Assembly (NCBI GenBank): GCA_023249105.1
Contig: JAHFDG010000015.1
Location: 1 to 64,000 of the forward strand
DNA length: 64,000 nt
Direction: 5' to 3'
Source of the DNA: Candidatus Methanoperedens sp.
GTDB taxonomy: Archaea; Halobacteriota; Methanosarcinia; Methanosarcinales; Methanoperedenaceae
This document shows, in pieces, positions 19,430-28,281 of this stretch. Each line of letters opens with the position of its first letter. Position 1 is the first letter of the stretch. A program made the position numbers and the translations under genes. A model generated the notes under the pieces. That model saw only the letters and a program-made list of their open reading frames with translations. It had not been told where the DNA came from and searched no databases.

Positions 19430-21019
19430 TCAGAGAGGGTTTATTTTTAGCACTCTTATTATTTCTGGAGAAGTTAACATTTTTTTAGTAGTGTCAAGCA
19501 GTATGTTTGCAAGCAAGAGTGACGCCGCTTCCTCATATTCATTTTTGGCTCCTGTAATAATTTTTTGTGATATGCTCCATAGATTGGCTATAGGATTTAT
19601 GTTAAAATTTTGTAGGCATTTGGTTATTTCCGCATCAGTATCCTGAAGTTTCTTTAAAATCTTAGATTTATAAGTTATCAAGAATTCAACCGGGCTGCTC
19701 ATATATGATTGTATTGTAGCATCATAATCAGAGGGGTTAATAGCTATTCTTGGATTCGTCTTGATGCCCCTGCTCGCCATGTTAATAAATTCCGTGATGT
19801 TCTCGCTGTTTGTTAAAATAAGTTCCATTTCCTTGCAGATTTGACTAGTTACTTTGTACAGTGTATTTATTTTATCAGATGATTGATCTGCGTAAACATA
19901 AACAGAAGTGGAAGCTATTGTTTCATTCAGTTTAATCAACTCGTTGCATATACCTTTATAATACTCCGGAATACACATATCGCAGGCATAGGAGAGTTTC
20001 TTCATCGATTCGTTTATTGAATTCCTGAGCTTCTCTCCCTGAATTATATACTCATCACTCAATTTAATATCGGGTTTCAGAAATATCTTTATATCCTGAT
20101 TAATCTCTTTGATTTCCTGGGTGGTCGTTTCCAGTTTATAGGAATCTTTTGTAACAGTCAAGTCATATTTTCCAAACGAAATATCCTGAATGAACGCAGC
20201 CCCTTTTTCATCGGTTCTGACTTCTCTGTCTCCAAGATTTATTCTTGCATCAGCGATTGCACTCTGGTTCACACTATCTAAAACATGAATTGTCAGATTG
20301 GCTTTTCCTTTAAGTTCAATACTAATCCTGTCATTTTTATTTAATGCTATTTCACGGGATTCTTCTTCAAACCCTTTTGAATTAACAATTAATGTATACG
20401 CACCTTCCTTCACCTTCCCAAAAATAACTTTCCCATCAATATCGCTAATTCTTTCTAATTTTTCTGTATCATTCCGAAGAAAAACAATGGCTTTAGGTAA
20501 AGGTTCTTTGTTAAATTTGTTTTTAATTTCAACTATCAAGGTATAAGTAGGAACATCAGTTATTGTTTTCTGGGTCGGAGTTTCAGTCTCAGGTTCACCT
20601 TCGCCTTCTTCGACATACTCTTTCCTGCAATTTTCACATAACAATTCTCCATCAGAATAAACTAAATCATCCGTGATTTTACCGCAGTTTTGACATGCCA
20701 TTCTAATGGGGACCGTTGTACCTGCAGGTTCACCAGAAGTTGTTTTTTTGCAGTGTGGACACCGTTGCAACGTCTCCAATTTTTCTTTTCCACAATGTTC
20801 ACAAAAAACGATTTTGCCTTTCGGTCTGACATAGACGTATAACGGGACTATAAGTAAAGCTAAAATAAAAGTACCAATGCCCCAAAGAAAAATAGCCAAA
20901 ATAAAAGTACTAATGCCCCAGAGAGACCAGTTTTTGGCTCTTTTTTTTGCATCGCTGGCAATCCAGAATACGATTGCAATCAAAAAGAGAAATAATATCC
21001 AGCTACTGTCATTAGCCAT
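19430..21019 (-). CDS. Membrane protein: 2 TM, cytoplasmic zinc ribbons, 2 CarbopepD_reg-like domains, conserved C-module
   Basis: N-terminal hydrophobic helices. CEHCG...CPHCK...CQNCG...CENC. The C-terminal ~330 aa are paralogous to the C-terminus of 16261..19413 (ACDMCIPEYYKGIC, PIANLW). Confidence 0.6.
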   Translation of the reverse strand: MANDSSWILFLFLIAIVFWIASDAKKRAKNWSLWGISTFILAIFLWGIGTFILALLIVPLYVYVRPKGKIVFCEHCGKEKLETLQRCPHCKKTTSGEPAGTTVPIRMACQNCGKITDDLVYSDGELLCENCRKEYVEEGEGEPETETPTQKTITDVPTYTLIVEIKNKFNKEPLPKAIVFLRNDTEKLERISDIDGKVIFGKVKEGAYTLIVNSKGFEEESREIALNKNDRISIELKGKANLTIHVLDSVNQSAIADARINLGDREVRTDEKGAAFIQDISFGKYDLTVTKDSYKLETTTQEIKEINQDIKIFLKPDIKLSDEYIIQGEKLRNSINESMKKLSYACDMCIPEYYKGICNELIKLNETIASTSVYVYADQSSDKINTLYKVTSQICKEMELILTNSENITEFINMASRGIKTNPRIAINPSDYDATIQSYMSSPVEFLITYKSKILKKLQDTDAEITKCLQNFNINPIANLWSISQKIITGAKNEYEEAASLLLANILLDTTKKMLTSPEIIRVLKINPL

Positions 21020-21114
21020 CTTACATCCCTTTAACTTTTATCAAGATTACCTCTTTCTTATTTTAATTAATCGTAAATTTCAAATTAATAGCGCAATCAC
21101 CATTTAAGTCAATA

Positions 21115-23175
21115 TTAAAACATGCTGATCGCCAGGCGCGCTTTCACCTCTTCTTTATTATACATTTCCCTTACATGGTCAAGCAATTTATCGTCGATGA
21201 ATAGCATAACGCCCCGTTTCTTTGCATCTGCTTCATTCATACTGTTCTCCAGCAATTTTTGCGCCACCCTCCAGAGATCAGCCACAGGCTGTATAGTAAG
21301 AGTGCCGCTTAATTGCGTCAGTTCATTATCTATCTCATTGAGCTTGTTACCAACATCCCTGAAATGGTTCTTGTGATAATTCGCGGTGTCGCGTACAAGT
21401 TCGCTGAACTTTTCAGGTGAATAGTCAGATACAGTCAGATCATCAACAGGAGGCAGATTCTGGATTGAAAAGTAAAAGTCCACATTGCTTTTTTCCCTCA
21501 TGATTCTTGAAATTTCATCCGCTAAAAATTCTGTTGTGCTAAGAGTATATTTTATTATTTCGTCTGGACTTGTTTTTGCACCAAGAAATTCAACAGGTCT
21601 TTTTATTATTTTGTCTACTAATTGCGTGGGTTTTTCTCCTACCTTTTTAAAGAATAATGGAATGCACGTATCGTATGTAGAAACTTCTTTAAAACCAGTA
21701 TTGAGTTTCTCATTGATTTTACTGATCGAGTTGAGAAATTCCGGCTTTGGTTGATAGTTGAATCTGAGGTCAAGCGTCACAGCACATGTTCTGTTTTCAA
21801 TGATAGTTACCTGTTTTTCGACCGGATCGTACAGTGAGGGAATGCTTGTTTTAAGGCGGACAATATAATCTCCAATAGACAATTTCTGGTTTATTCTACC
21901 GTTGTCATCTGTAGCAAAATCCATCGCCTGAGAAGCGCCTTTTTTCATCAAGCTAACTGGGGTTCCAGCAAAGGGTTTACCAGTTGCTTGCTCAGAGATT
22001 GTTATATCAAGCGTACCTGCTTTTTTGAAAAGCTGGATTCTCTTTGTAGTTTCTGAACTGCTTAAGGGAATATTCTTTTGTTCAACGAATTCCCCGCCCG
22101 AACTGCGTATAGAAACGACATATTGTTTATTTTTGGAAATGGTAAACTTCGCAATCCCTGAAGCATCTGTAACACCAGGGCTCCCGTTTGCATCCACCAG
22201 AGAAGTAGTCTCTTTAACACTCACGTTGATTCCGCTGATAGGGTTACCAGCTTCGTCCACTACCTCTATCTGTACTGGCTGCCGTTTGATCAGGGATATT
22301 TTGATTCTTTCATCGTCGGAAGGGATGTTTACTTCTCTTGAAGTGGATTCATAATTCCCACCACCGTCAACTTCAATTTTGTAGGTTCCCTTAGGAAGTT
22401 CTAAGTGATATGTCCCGTCAAACTCAATGCGGGCAAGGTAAGGCATACCACTTTTATTAACCGCTCTGACTTTTGCATCTGTGATTCTTACAAATCCTGA
22501 TTCATCGAGTAAGTCAATTTGCAATTTATTGGTTAACGTTGCAATAGAAGGGCTCACGAGCCTTTGTTCAGATTCGTTCTCATCAGATGTTTTAATTCTT
22601 ATGAGACCTAGTTTATATAATCCCCAAAATACTCCAGCGAGACCTAATAAAAACAAAGCTAAATTAATATAAACATTGGAAAACAACTTAGATAGTATAC
22701 CCTGCGGAGGGGTTTCTGTAGGTGCGGTCGTAATTTCTGGAGTGGTAGCCGCTGGTGTTGTTGGTGCTGGAGTCGTGGGTGATGGGGTGGGTGCAGGTGT
22801 CGGAGTGGAAGTCGGAGCAGGGGGATTTTTATTGATGACTGTAATTTTAGTTGCTAAATTATCACTTATATTAGTTACCGTTACATCAAAACTTTTTCTT
22901 AATGTTAGATTTTTTAGGGATTCTGGATATAAATTTGAATTAGATATATTTAGCACTAATTTTCCATCATCCTTAATTGTTTCATTGAATGAAGACTCTG
23001 GAAAATCTAGTCTATAAGTAGCTCCTTTACTGAAATTTAGATAAGATAATGTTAAGTTATCTCCGTTTAGTTCGCCTGTGGGTTCCGTAGCAGCAGTGGT
23101 GGTAATCGAAAACGAAAACATCACCAAAAATACAAAAAATATCCTCAATCCGTTCATAGATGACCCCGTTATCAT
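21115..23175 (-). CDS. Envelope-spanning protein: signal peptide, extracellular domain, Pro/Thr linker, TM, 3 CarbopepD_reg-like domains, divergent C-module
   Basis: PPAPTSTPTPAPTPSPTTPAPTTPAATTPEITTAPTETPP linker and a TM helix LALFLLGLAGVFWGLY. The C-terminus has TYDTCIPLFFKKVG...PVADLWRVAQKL, homologous to the C-module of the two downstream genes. Confidence 0.6.
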   Translation of the reverse strand: MITGSSMNGLRIFFVFLVMFSFSITTTAATEPTGELNGDNLTLSYLNFSKGATYRLDFPESSFNETIKDDGKLVLNISNSNLYPESLKNLTLRKSFDVTVTNISDNLATKITVINKNPPAPTSTPTPAPTPSPTTPAPTTPAATTPEITTAPTETPPQGILSKLFSNVYINLALFLLGLAGVFWGLYKLGLIRIKTSDENESEQRLVSPSIATLTNKLQIDLLDESGFVRITDAKVRAVNKSGMPYLARIEFDGTYHLELPKGTYKIEVDGGGNYESTSREVNIPSDDERIKISLIKRQPVQIEVVDEAGNPISGINVSVKETTSLVDANGSPGVTDASGIAKFTISKNKQYVVSIRSSGGEFVEQKNIPLSSSETTKRIQLFKKAGTLDITISEQATGKPFAGTPVSLMKKGASQAMDFATDDNGRINQKLSIGDYIVRLKTSIPSLYDPVEKQVTIIENRTCAVTLDLRFNYQPKPEFLNSISKINEKLNTGFKEVSTYDTCIPLFFKKVGEKPTQLVDKIIKRPVEFLGAKTSPDEIIKYTLSTTEFLADEISRIMREKSNVDFYFSIQNLPPVDDLTVSDYSPEKFSELVRDTANYHKNHFRDVGNKLNEIDNELTQLSGTLTIQPVADLWRVAQKLLENSMNEADAKKRGVMLFIDDKLLDHVREMYNKEEVKARLAISMF

Positions 23176-24542
23176 TCCTCCTCCACCTCGTCCTCGTCTT
23201 CCTCCTCTTTGCAGAACTCCTTCACTACTTTCTCTGTATGGTCTATATAATTCTTTAAAATTCCTTCAATACGCACAATCTCTTCCACTGAAAGTTTCAC
23301 ATTATCCAGCTCCACATGACCGCCTTCTTCAGCCATCATGAGGATTTTCTTTAATGATTTGAAATCCTGCCAGGGCTTCTCCAGCATTTCTTTTAAACTG
23401 AAACCTCCAAGAAGCAGCAGCACATCGAAAGTATCTTTCTTACTTTTATTATACGCCAGGGAAACCATTCCCATCTTTCCGCAAATGTTTTCCTTCTTCC
23501 ACTTATTGAAAATACTGTTGATTTTATCCTCTGTGAAATCCCCTTTGTTCAAATGCTTCTCAGGTACGCTAACAATCAGGTACCCGATAACAGCAGTCTT
23601 GGGATCCATATTTACGAATGAATTTTTTGCTGCTTCATCAAGAGCCATTTCAATTTCAATGAAATTAATATCATTATCAACAGAAACACATGGAGTAAAA
23701 TGATACAGGTTCATTAAACTTGGAAACTTCACATAATCCTTGATATCGATCACGCCTTTCGAAAGTCTCCCCGGTGCGATCATCAAATCAATGGCTTTGA
23801 TTATTTTTTTATTTATATCAGGGAATTTAGGATCAATTCCCTCGGTTAATTCAATATTTTCAGCAATTTTTGAATTATCAACTATCAAGACCATATCTGC
23901 ATTTTGCTGAGAATTATCCCCGAATTTCAGAAGCCTTGAAAGCCCGCACACAGCATTGAATTGCCTCTGATCAGGTTCAGTCGAGTATGGAAGTATTGCC
24001 AGCGCCACATGGATATGGTTTTGAAGAGACACAGAGGTGCCGTGTTTCATCTGATGGATAATGTACGGAATACTGCCATTCCCTGTTCCGCCGCCCAGCG
24101 CAGCCATGTCCAGAACAACATCCCCTGCTGCCGTGCCGAGCGCTTCAATCGGTCTGCGGATTTTCGTCTCAAAATCTTTCCTGGCGTACTCCTCGCCTTC
24201 CTTATAAACATTGCCTGCGCCGCCGCCGCCAAATAAAAGTATATTCCTCCTTCCTATTTGCGCAATCAGGGCTTTTTCTTCCTCGGTTACAGCCTTTTTT
24301 TCAAGCTCTAATAAAGTATTACTTATATCAGTCCTGTTGCTGTTCATCAATAAAATTCTGTTATCTATCGCTTCATTTTTCATTTTCGTGAAATAGAGAG
24401 AAGCTACCTTTCCGGCACCTTCGCCTGATGCTAGGATGATCCACCGGGTAAATTGCCTTTCAGCGCTTTCTTCAATCGTTTCTGCTCTTGATGGCCGGAC
24501 AGCCTCAAGGTTCTCTTCTAACTGGCTCATAAAATACCTCAA
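23172..24542 (-). CDS. Divergent tubulin/FtsZ-superfamily GTPase with acidic C-terminal tail
   Basis: T1-like Gly loops IILASGEGAGK and LLFGGGGAGN. T4 signature LGGGTGNGS. LIVDNSKI corresponds to the DNEAL region of FtsZ/tubulin. T7-like GVIDIKD. The C-terminal EEEDEDEVEEE resembles a tubulin E-hook. Confidence 0.7.
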   Translation of the reverse strand: MRYFMSQLEENLEAVRPSRAETIEESAERQFTRWIILASGEGAGKVASLYFTKMKNEAIDNRILLMNSNRTDISNTLLELEKKAVTEEEKALIAQIGRRNILLFGGGGAGNVYKEGEEYARKDFETKIRRPIEALGTAAGDVVLDMAALGGGTGNGSIPYIIHQMKHGTSVSLQNHIHVALAILPYSTEPDQRQFNAVCGLSRLLKFGDNSQQNADMVLIVDNSKIAENIELTEGIDPKFPDINKKIIKAIDLMIAPGRLSKGVIDIKDYVKFPSLMNLYHFTPCVSVDNDINFIEIEMALDEAAKNSFVNMDPKTAVIGYLIVSVPEKHLNKGDFTEDKINSIFNKWKKENICGKMGMVSLAYNKSKKDTFDVLLLLGGFSLKEMLEKPWQDFKSLKKILMMAEEGGHVELDNVKLSVEEIVRIEGILKNYIDHTEKVVKEFCKEEEDEDEVEEE

Positions 24543-26680
24543 CTATTTTTCCATATCAATTTCGAATCATATTCTATATTTTTATAATAATCATATTCTT
24601 TTTTAAGCCCTTCAATAATCGCAATAATTTCCTCCACTGGCAGTGGCGCCGAGAGGTAACCTTCGGTCAGCTCTTGGATTTTTTCCTTCTTGCCGACCTC
24701 TATATTTTCTTCAAGAAGGGTCTCGATTTCCTTTCGCAGGGCATCGACATCATAAACCATGTAATCTTTTCGGTATTTGATGATTTTGAACTTCTCATTG
24801 TCCTTTGACCACAGATAGAGCAAACATGGACTATATTCAACTTTCAGTCTATCATACGTAGAGAGTATAAATTTTTTAGAATCAATTTCTTTCTGTATTA
24901 TGTCTTTGAATTTAACTAATGACTTTTGTAAAGATTCTTCCTTATCCTGGCATAGTTTTTCCCCGAGCGGTACTTCTTTTAATTTGAGTTCGATGGAAAG
25001 GTCGTTATCCAGTTCAATTTCTTTACTCTGACTTTTATGTCCTTTTTGTTTGATTAATAATTTATACGAACCTTTACTCAAACCCATCAAAATTGCATTT
25101 CCACCATTATCCGATACTTCTTTTTTAATAATTTTGTCGTCAAGCTTCAGGGAAACTTCGGCACCGTTTAACGGCAGGTTATCCTTATTTAATACTCTCA
25201 CAGAAACTTTATACAATTTTCTCGCAACCTGAAGAGAAGTAGTTAGAATTTTTTGGAAGCTGTCATATAAGGCATCCGGATGGAAATAACTGTATAATTC
25301 CATGAATTCTTCGGGATTTTTGACTTTAAGTTCAGCAACAGTAACTTTTCCTTTAGCATCAAGCTCACTTTTGATTTTATTTTCAATTTTACTGTAGATC
25401 CCAATTATCTTTGCTTTTAAGCCACTTTTTTCCATTATTGGAATCATTATTTTTAAGAGGCTTGAGAACTTTTCGGGATAAGCTTTCACTTTTGTTTCAT
25501 TCAGCAACTCGTCATATTCTTTTTCAACTGGTTGCCTTTCTGGATAGAAACGTTGTGGAAAATTAGCCTGCTTGATCGTGGTTTCATTATTTTTTAGAGT
25601 TGTGTATACCTCTTTAACTATTTCGTTTGCAGTTGGGATTATTTGGGGTTCTATTTGTTGCAGTTCTCCAATCTTTGAAGCGGATTCGAATCTTTTTGCA
25701 CGTTCTTCTAAAATCAATAACTTTTGGGTGTAATCATTATCGATTTTACCTTCAACTGTAGCAAGAATCTTCCCAATTGCAGAAAGTAAATCAGTCTTAT
25801 ATGCACTGAAATCCCCTCCAGCAATAGATTCAAGAGAATTCTTTATTCTTGTAAGGGATGCTATGCCTTTTTCGAAATCTCTGTAATTCTTGCTCTGAAT
25901 TATCTCCTCGATGCTGTTCATCTCCCGTTCTATGCTGGAGACGTCTTTGCCCAATTCCTTAGCCTTTTGCTTCCATTGTTTTGCTTCAGTTAAACAGGAT
26001 GATACGATATCTCTGAAGATGGAAGTAATATTATCGAGATAACGGGCATTTTCTATTATAGAGTTAGTTTCAAGGCTCTTATTGTTAATCTCAGCTTGAA
26101 GCCTTGATGCTGATGGATCTACGGTGTAACCAGCGCTCTTAAGGGTGTTTATATACGAAAGGTATGCCTTCGAAACTATATCTGTGAAATCTTTTATTTT
26201 GTTTTTCAAATGATTATCCATAGAATTTATATTTTTGGCGACATTATCAATGGTGTCGAGGTCGATTTTTTGGATGGATATTTCATTTAAGTTAGTGGTG
26301 TACGTTCCGTCAGTCTCAACAGCATTGATCCCTATCAAGGGTAATTCTTTATTCGCTAGAGTTTTTATTGCCTCATCAATATCATCTACCTGTAAACCAT
26401 AGGTTCTATTAATATCTCGTGCAACGGAGTGTAAATTCTTAAAATCGTAAGCGATTTTCTCAGTTTCCTGTGCTTTCAGAGTTAAACCAGGATCATGTCT
26501 TGAAGTTCTTAGTTGTTTAATATACTGATAAGCAAATGCTATGAAAAATAAAGGGATACCTATTATGGTGTAATAAAGAGCTGTCTCATAACCTTTAAAT
26601 AAAAATAATATGACGCTAACGCTAAACAATCCAACTATGATCAAAATTATTTTTAGATTATTTTTTGTCTCCATTTTCAT
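24539..26680 (-). CDS. Membrane protein (2 N-terminal TM) with long cytoplasmic coiled-coil and CarbopepD_reg-like beta-sandwich domain
   Basis: Hydrophobic helices at aa 10-55, then an extended heptad-rich region. KVSVRVLNKDNLPLNGAEVSLKLDDKIIKKEVSDNGGNAILMGLSKGSYKLLIKQKGH is a transthyretin-like fold motif. Confidence 0.55.
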   Translation of the reverse strand: MKMETKNNLKIILIIVGLFSVSVILFLFKGYETALYYTIIGIPLFFIAFAYQYIKQLRTSRHDPGLTLKAQETEKIAYDFKNLHSVARDINRTYGLQVDDIDEAIKTLANKELPLIGINAVETDGTYTTNLNEISIQKIDLDTIDNVAKNINSMDNHLKNKIKDFTDIVSKAYLSYINTLKSAGYTVDPSASRLQAEINNKSLETNSIIENARYLDNITSIFRDIVSSCLTEAKQWKQKAKELGKDVSSIEREMNSIEEIIQSKNYRDFEKGIASLTRIKNSLESIAGGDFSAYKTDLLSAIGKILATVEGKIDNDYTQKLLILEERAKRFESASKIGELQQIEPQIIPTANEIVKEVYTTLKNNETTIKQANFPQRFYPERQPVEKEYDELLNETKVKAYPEKFSSLLKIMIPIMEKSGLKAKIIGIYSKIENKIKSELDAKGKVTVAELKVKNPEEFMELYSYFHPDALYDSFQKILTTSLQVARKLYKVSVRVLNKDNLPLNGAEVSLKLDDKIIKKEVSDNGGNAILMGLSKGSYKLLIKQKGHKSQSKEIELDNDLSIELKLKEVPLGEKLCQDKEESLQKSLVKFKDIIQKEIDSKKFILSTYDRLKVEYSPCLLYLWSKDNEKFKIIKYRKDYMVYDVDALRKEIETLLEENIEVGKKEKIQELTEGYLSAPLPVEEIIAIIEGLKKEYDYYKNIEYDSKLIWKNS

Positions 26681-26692
26681 AGCTGTATAGCC

Positions 26693-27883
26693 TCATATCA
26701 GGAATTTGAACATGTTTAAGTCACCTTCAATATAAATTATGATTCCAATCAATATTGATATTACTACAGTTAATATTATTGCAATTGTTATCGGACTTGT
26801 AATATTTGCCTTGCTTGTATAAAGCCCGAAATATTCGGATTCTTTTTTCCATCTGTTAACATTGAAATATCCGATGATGAGACCTAATAAAATCATTGCT
26901 CCAGCAGGAACGAATACTCCAGTTCTATAATCTGACATGGTAGATTCGAATTGATCTGAACTGTTTTTTTCCCGTCCCTGGGCGGCTTTAAGTTCATTTG
27001 TCAGCAGGCTATCTCTCTTTGTTATGAATATTGTTATTAATTCGCTGTTTATAATATTCATGTCTTCATTTATCAATTTTAATTCATTTGTCGACTGATC
27101 TTTTATTGGTTTATCGTCTTTGACCTTGTCTTCATATTCTTTCATTGATTTTTTCAGTCCGTCCCGTGAAACCTTTACTTTACTGACAGAATCCTTAAAC
27201 TCAGTATTATCGGGATTATCGGTCAAATTCAATATTTTTTTATGTAAGTCATTACTTGCATCCAAAAATTCTCTAATATTTTTTATTAAATTATCTGCAG
27301 TCTGGGATGTATCAGTATGATATTTCAAACTCCGGGCGCTTAGATTCTTCAATGGTGCATCATATGTCCTGCCTGGGGAACCAACAGTTTTAGTAATGTA
27401 TCTTGACTGGACATATATGGTAATTGTATTGATCGTTGAATTTGAATTATATATCCCCTTCACTATAACAGAATAACTTTCAGCTTTAGAGTTCTCATTG
27501 AATTTATATTCTGCATAATACTCACTATTGTTACCCACAGTGCTTTCTCCGCCAAAAACAGACGAAATTAATTTTCTGAATCTATCTTTCAAATCTTCTG
27601 TAAAACTGTGTGACTCGATTTTTGCAGTATCGTCTCCTATTTTGATCTCACCATTTGTAGTAAATACTTTAGTCGAATTGTCAAAAATCCTGAATTCCAA
27701 AGTATTGCCAGCAGAGATATTTAATCTATTATCTGTAAAAGCAATTTTATCACCTAAAGTTACATAGTATTCAATATTGCCAGATGTCACATTTTTATCC
27801 GCAGCTTGTGCAGGGTTCAACATGCTGAATACTAAAATAAAGCTTAATAAACTGATTTTAGAAAATAACTGTTTCTTTTTCAA
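26693..27883 (-). CDS. Secreted protein anchored by two C-terminal TM helices
   Basis: Signal peptide LLSFILVFSMLNPAQA and two C-terminal hydrophobic helices. Confidence 0.5.
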   Translation of the reverse strand: MKKKQLFSKISLLSFILVFSMLNPAQAADKNVTSGNIEYYVTLGDKIAFTDNRLNISAGNTLEFRIFDNSTKVFTTNGEIKIGDDTAKIESHSFTEDLKDRFRKLISSVFGGESTVGNNSEYYAEYKFNENSKAESYSVIVKGIYNSNSTINTITIYVQSRYITKTVGSPGRTYDAPLKNLSARSLKYHTDTSQTADNLIKNIREFLDASNDLHKKILNLTDNPDNTEFKDSVSKVKVSRDGLKKSMKEYEDKVKDDKPIKDQSTNELKLINEDMNIINSELITIFITKRDSLLTNELKAAQGREKNSSDQFESTMSDYRTGVFVPAGAMILLGLIIGYFNVNRWKKESEYFGLYTSKANITSPITIAIILTVVISILIGIIIYIEGDLNMFKFLI

Positions 27884-27888
27884 TCAAA

Positions 27889-28269
27889 TCACCCTTTGAA
27901 TAAACCCCTACTTTCCTTGATATACAAAATAATGGTCGATATCCACAATCCCAGAATGATGCTGAGTCCCCCGCCAATTGCATATTTCTGGATGTTTTTA
28001 TCAGCATAACTTTTAAGTATGCTGGTTTTGTCATTCAGTTTTTTTGCATTTTCATTGGCTTCATTAATCTTGTCGTTTCTATCATTATATTGTTTTTTGA
28101 GTTGATCATAAGCAGAATCCAAATCCTTTGGAGATGAAGGACCAGTGGGCATCAATATTGATGATAACACATCAGGAAATAGAAGGTTCATGACGGCTGC
28201 CACGAGCAGTATGGTAGATATGACCAGAACCAGTTTTGCAATTGTCCTTTTCATTTCATTTGATGTCAA
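27889..28269 (-). CDS. Small 2-TM membrane protein with intervening coiled coil
   Basis: 126 aa. TM helices at aa 10-30 and 98-118. Confidence 0.45.
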   Translation of the reverse strand: MTSNEMKRTIAKLVLVISTILLVAAVMNLLFPDVLSSILMPTGPSSPKDLDSAYDQLKKQYNDRNDKINEANENAKKLNDKTSILKSYADKNIQKYAIGGGLSIILGLWISTIILYIKESRGLFKG

Positions 28270-28281
28270 TGTTCGGATCCT

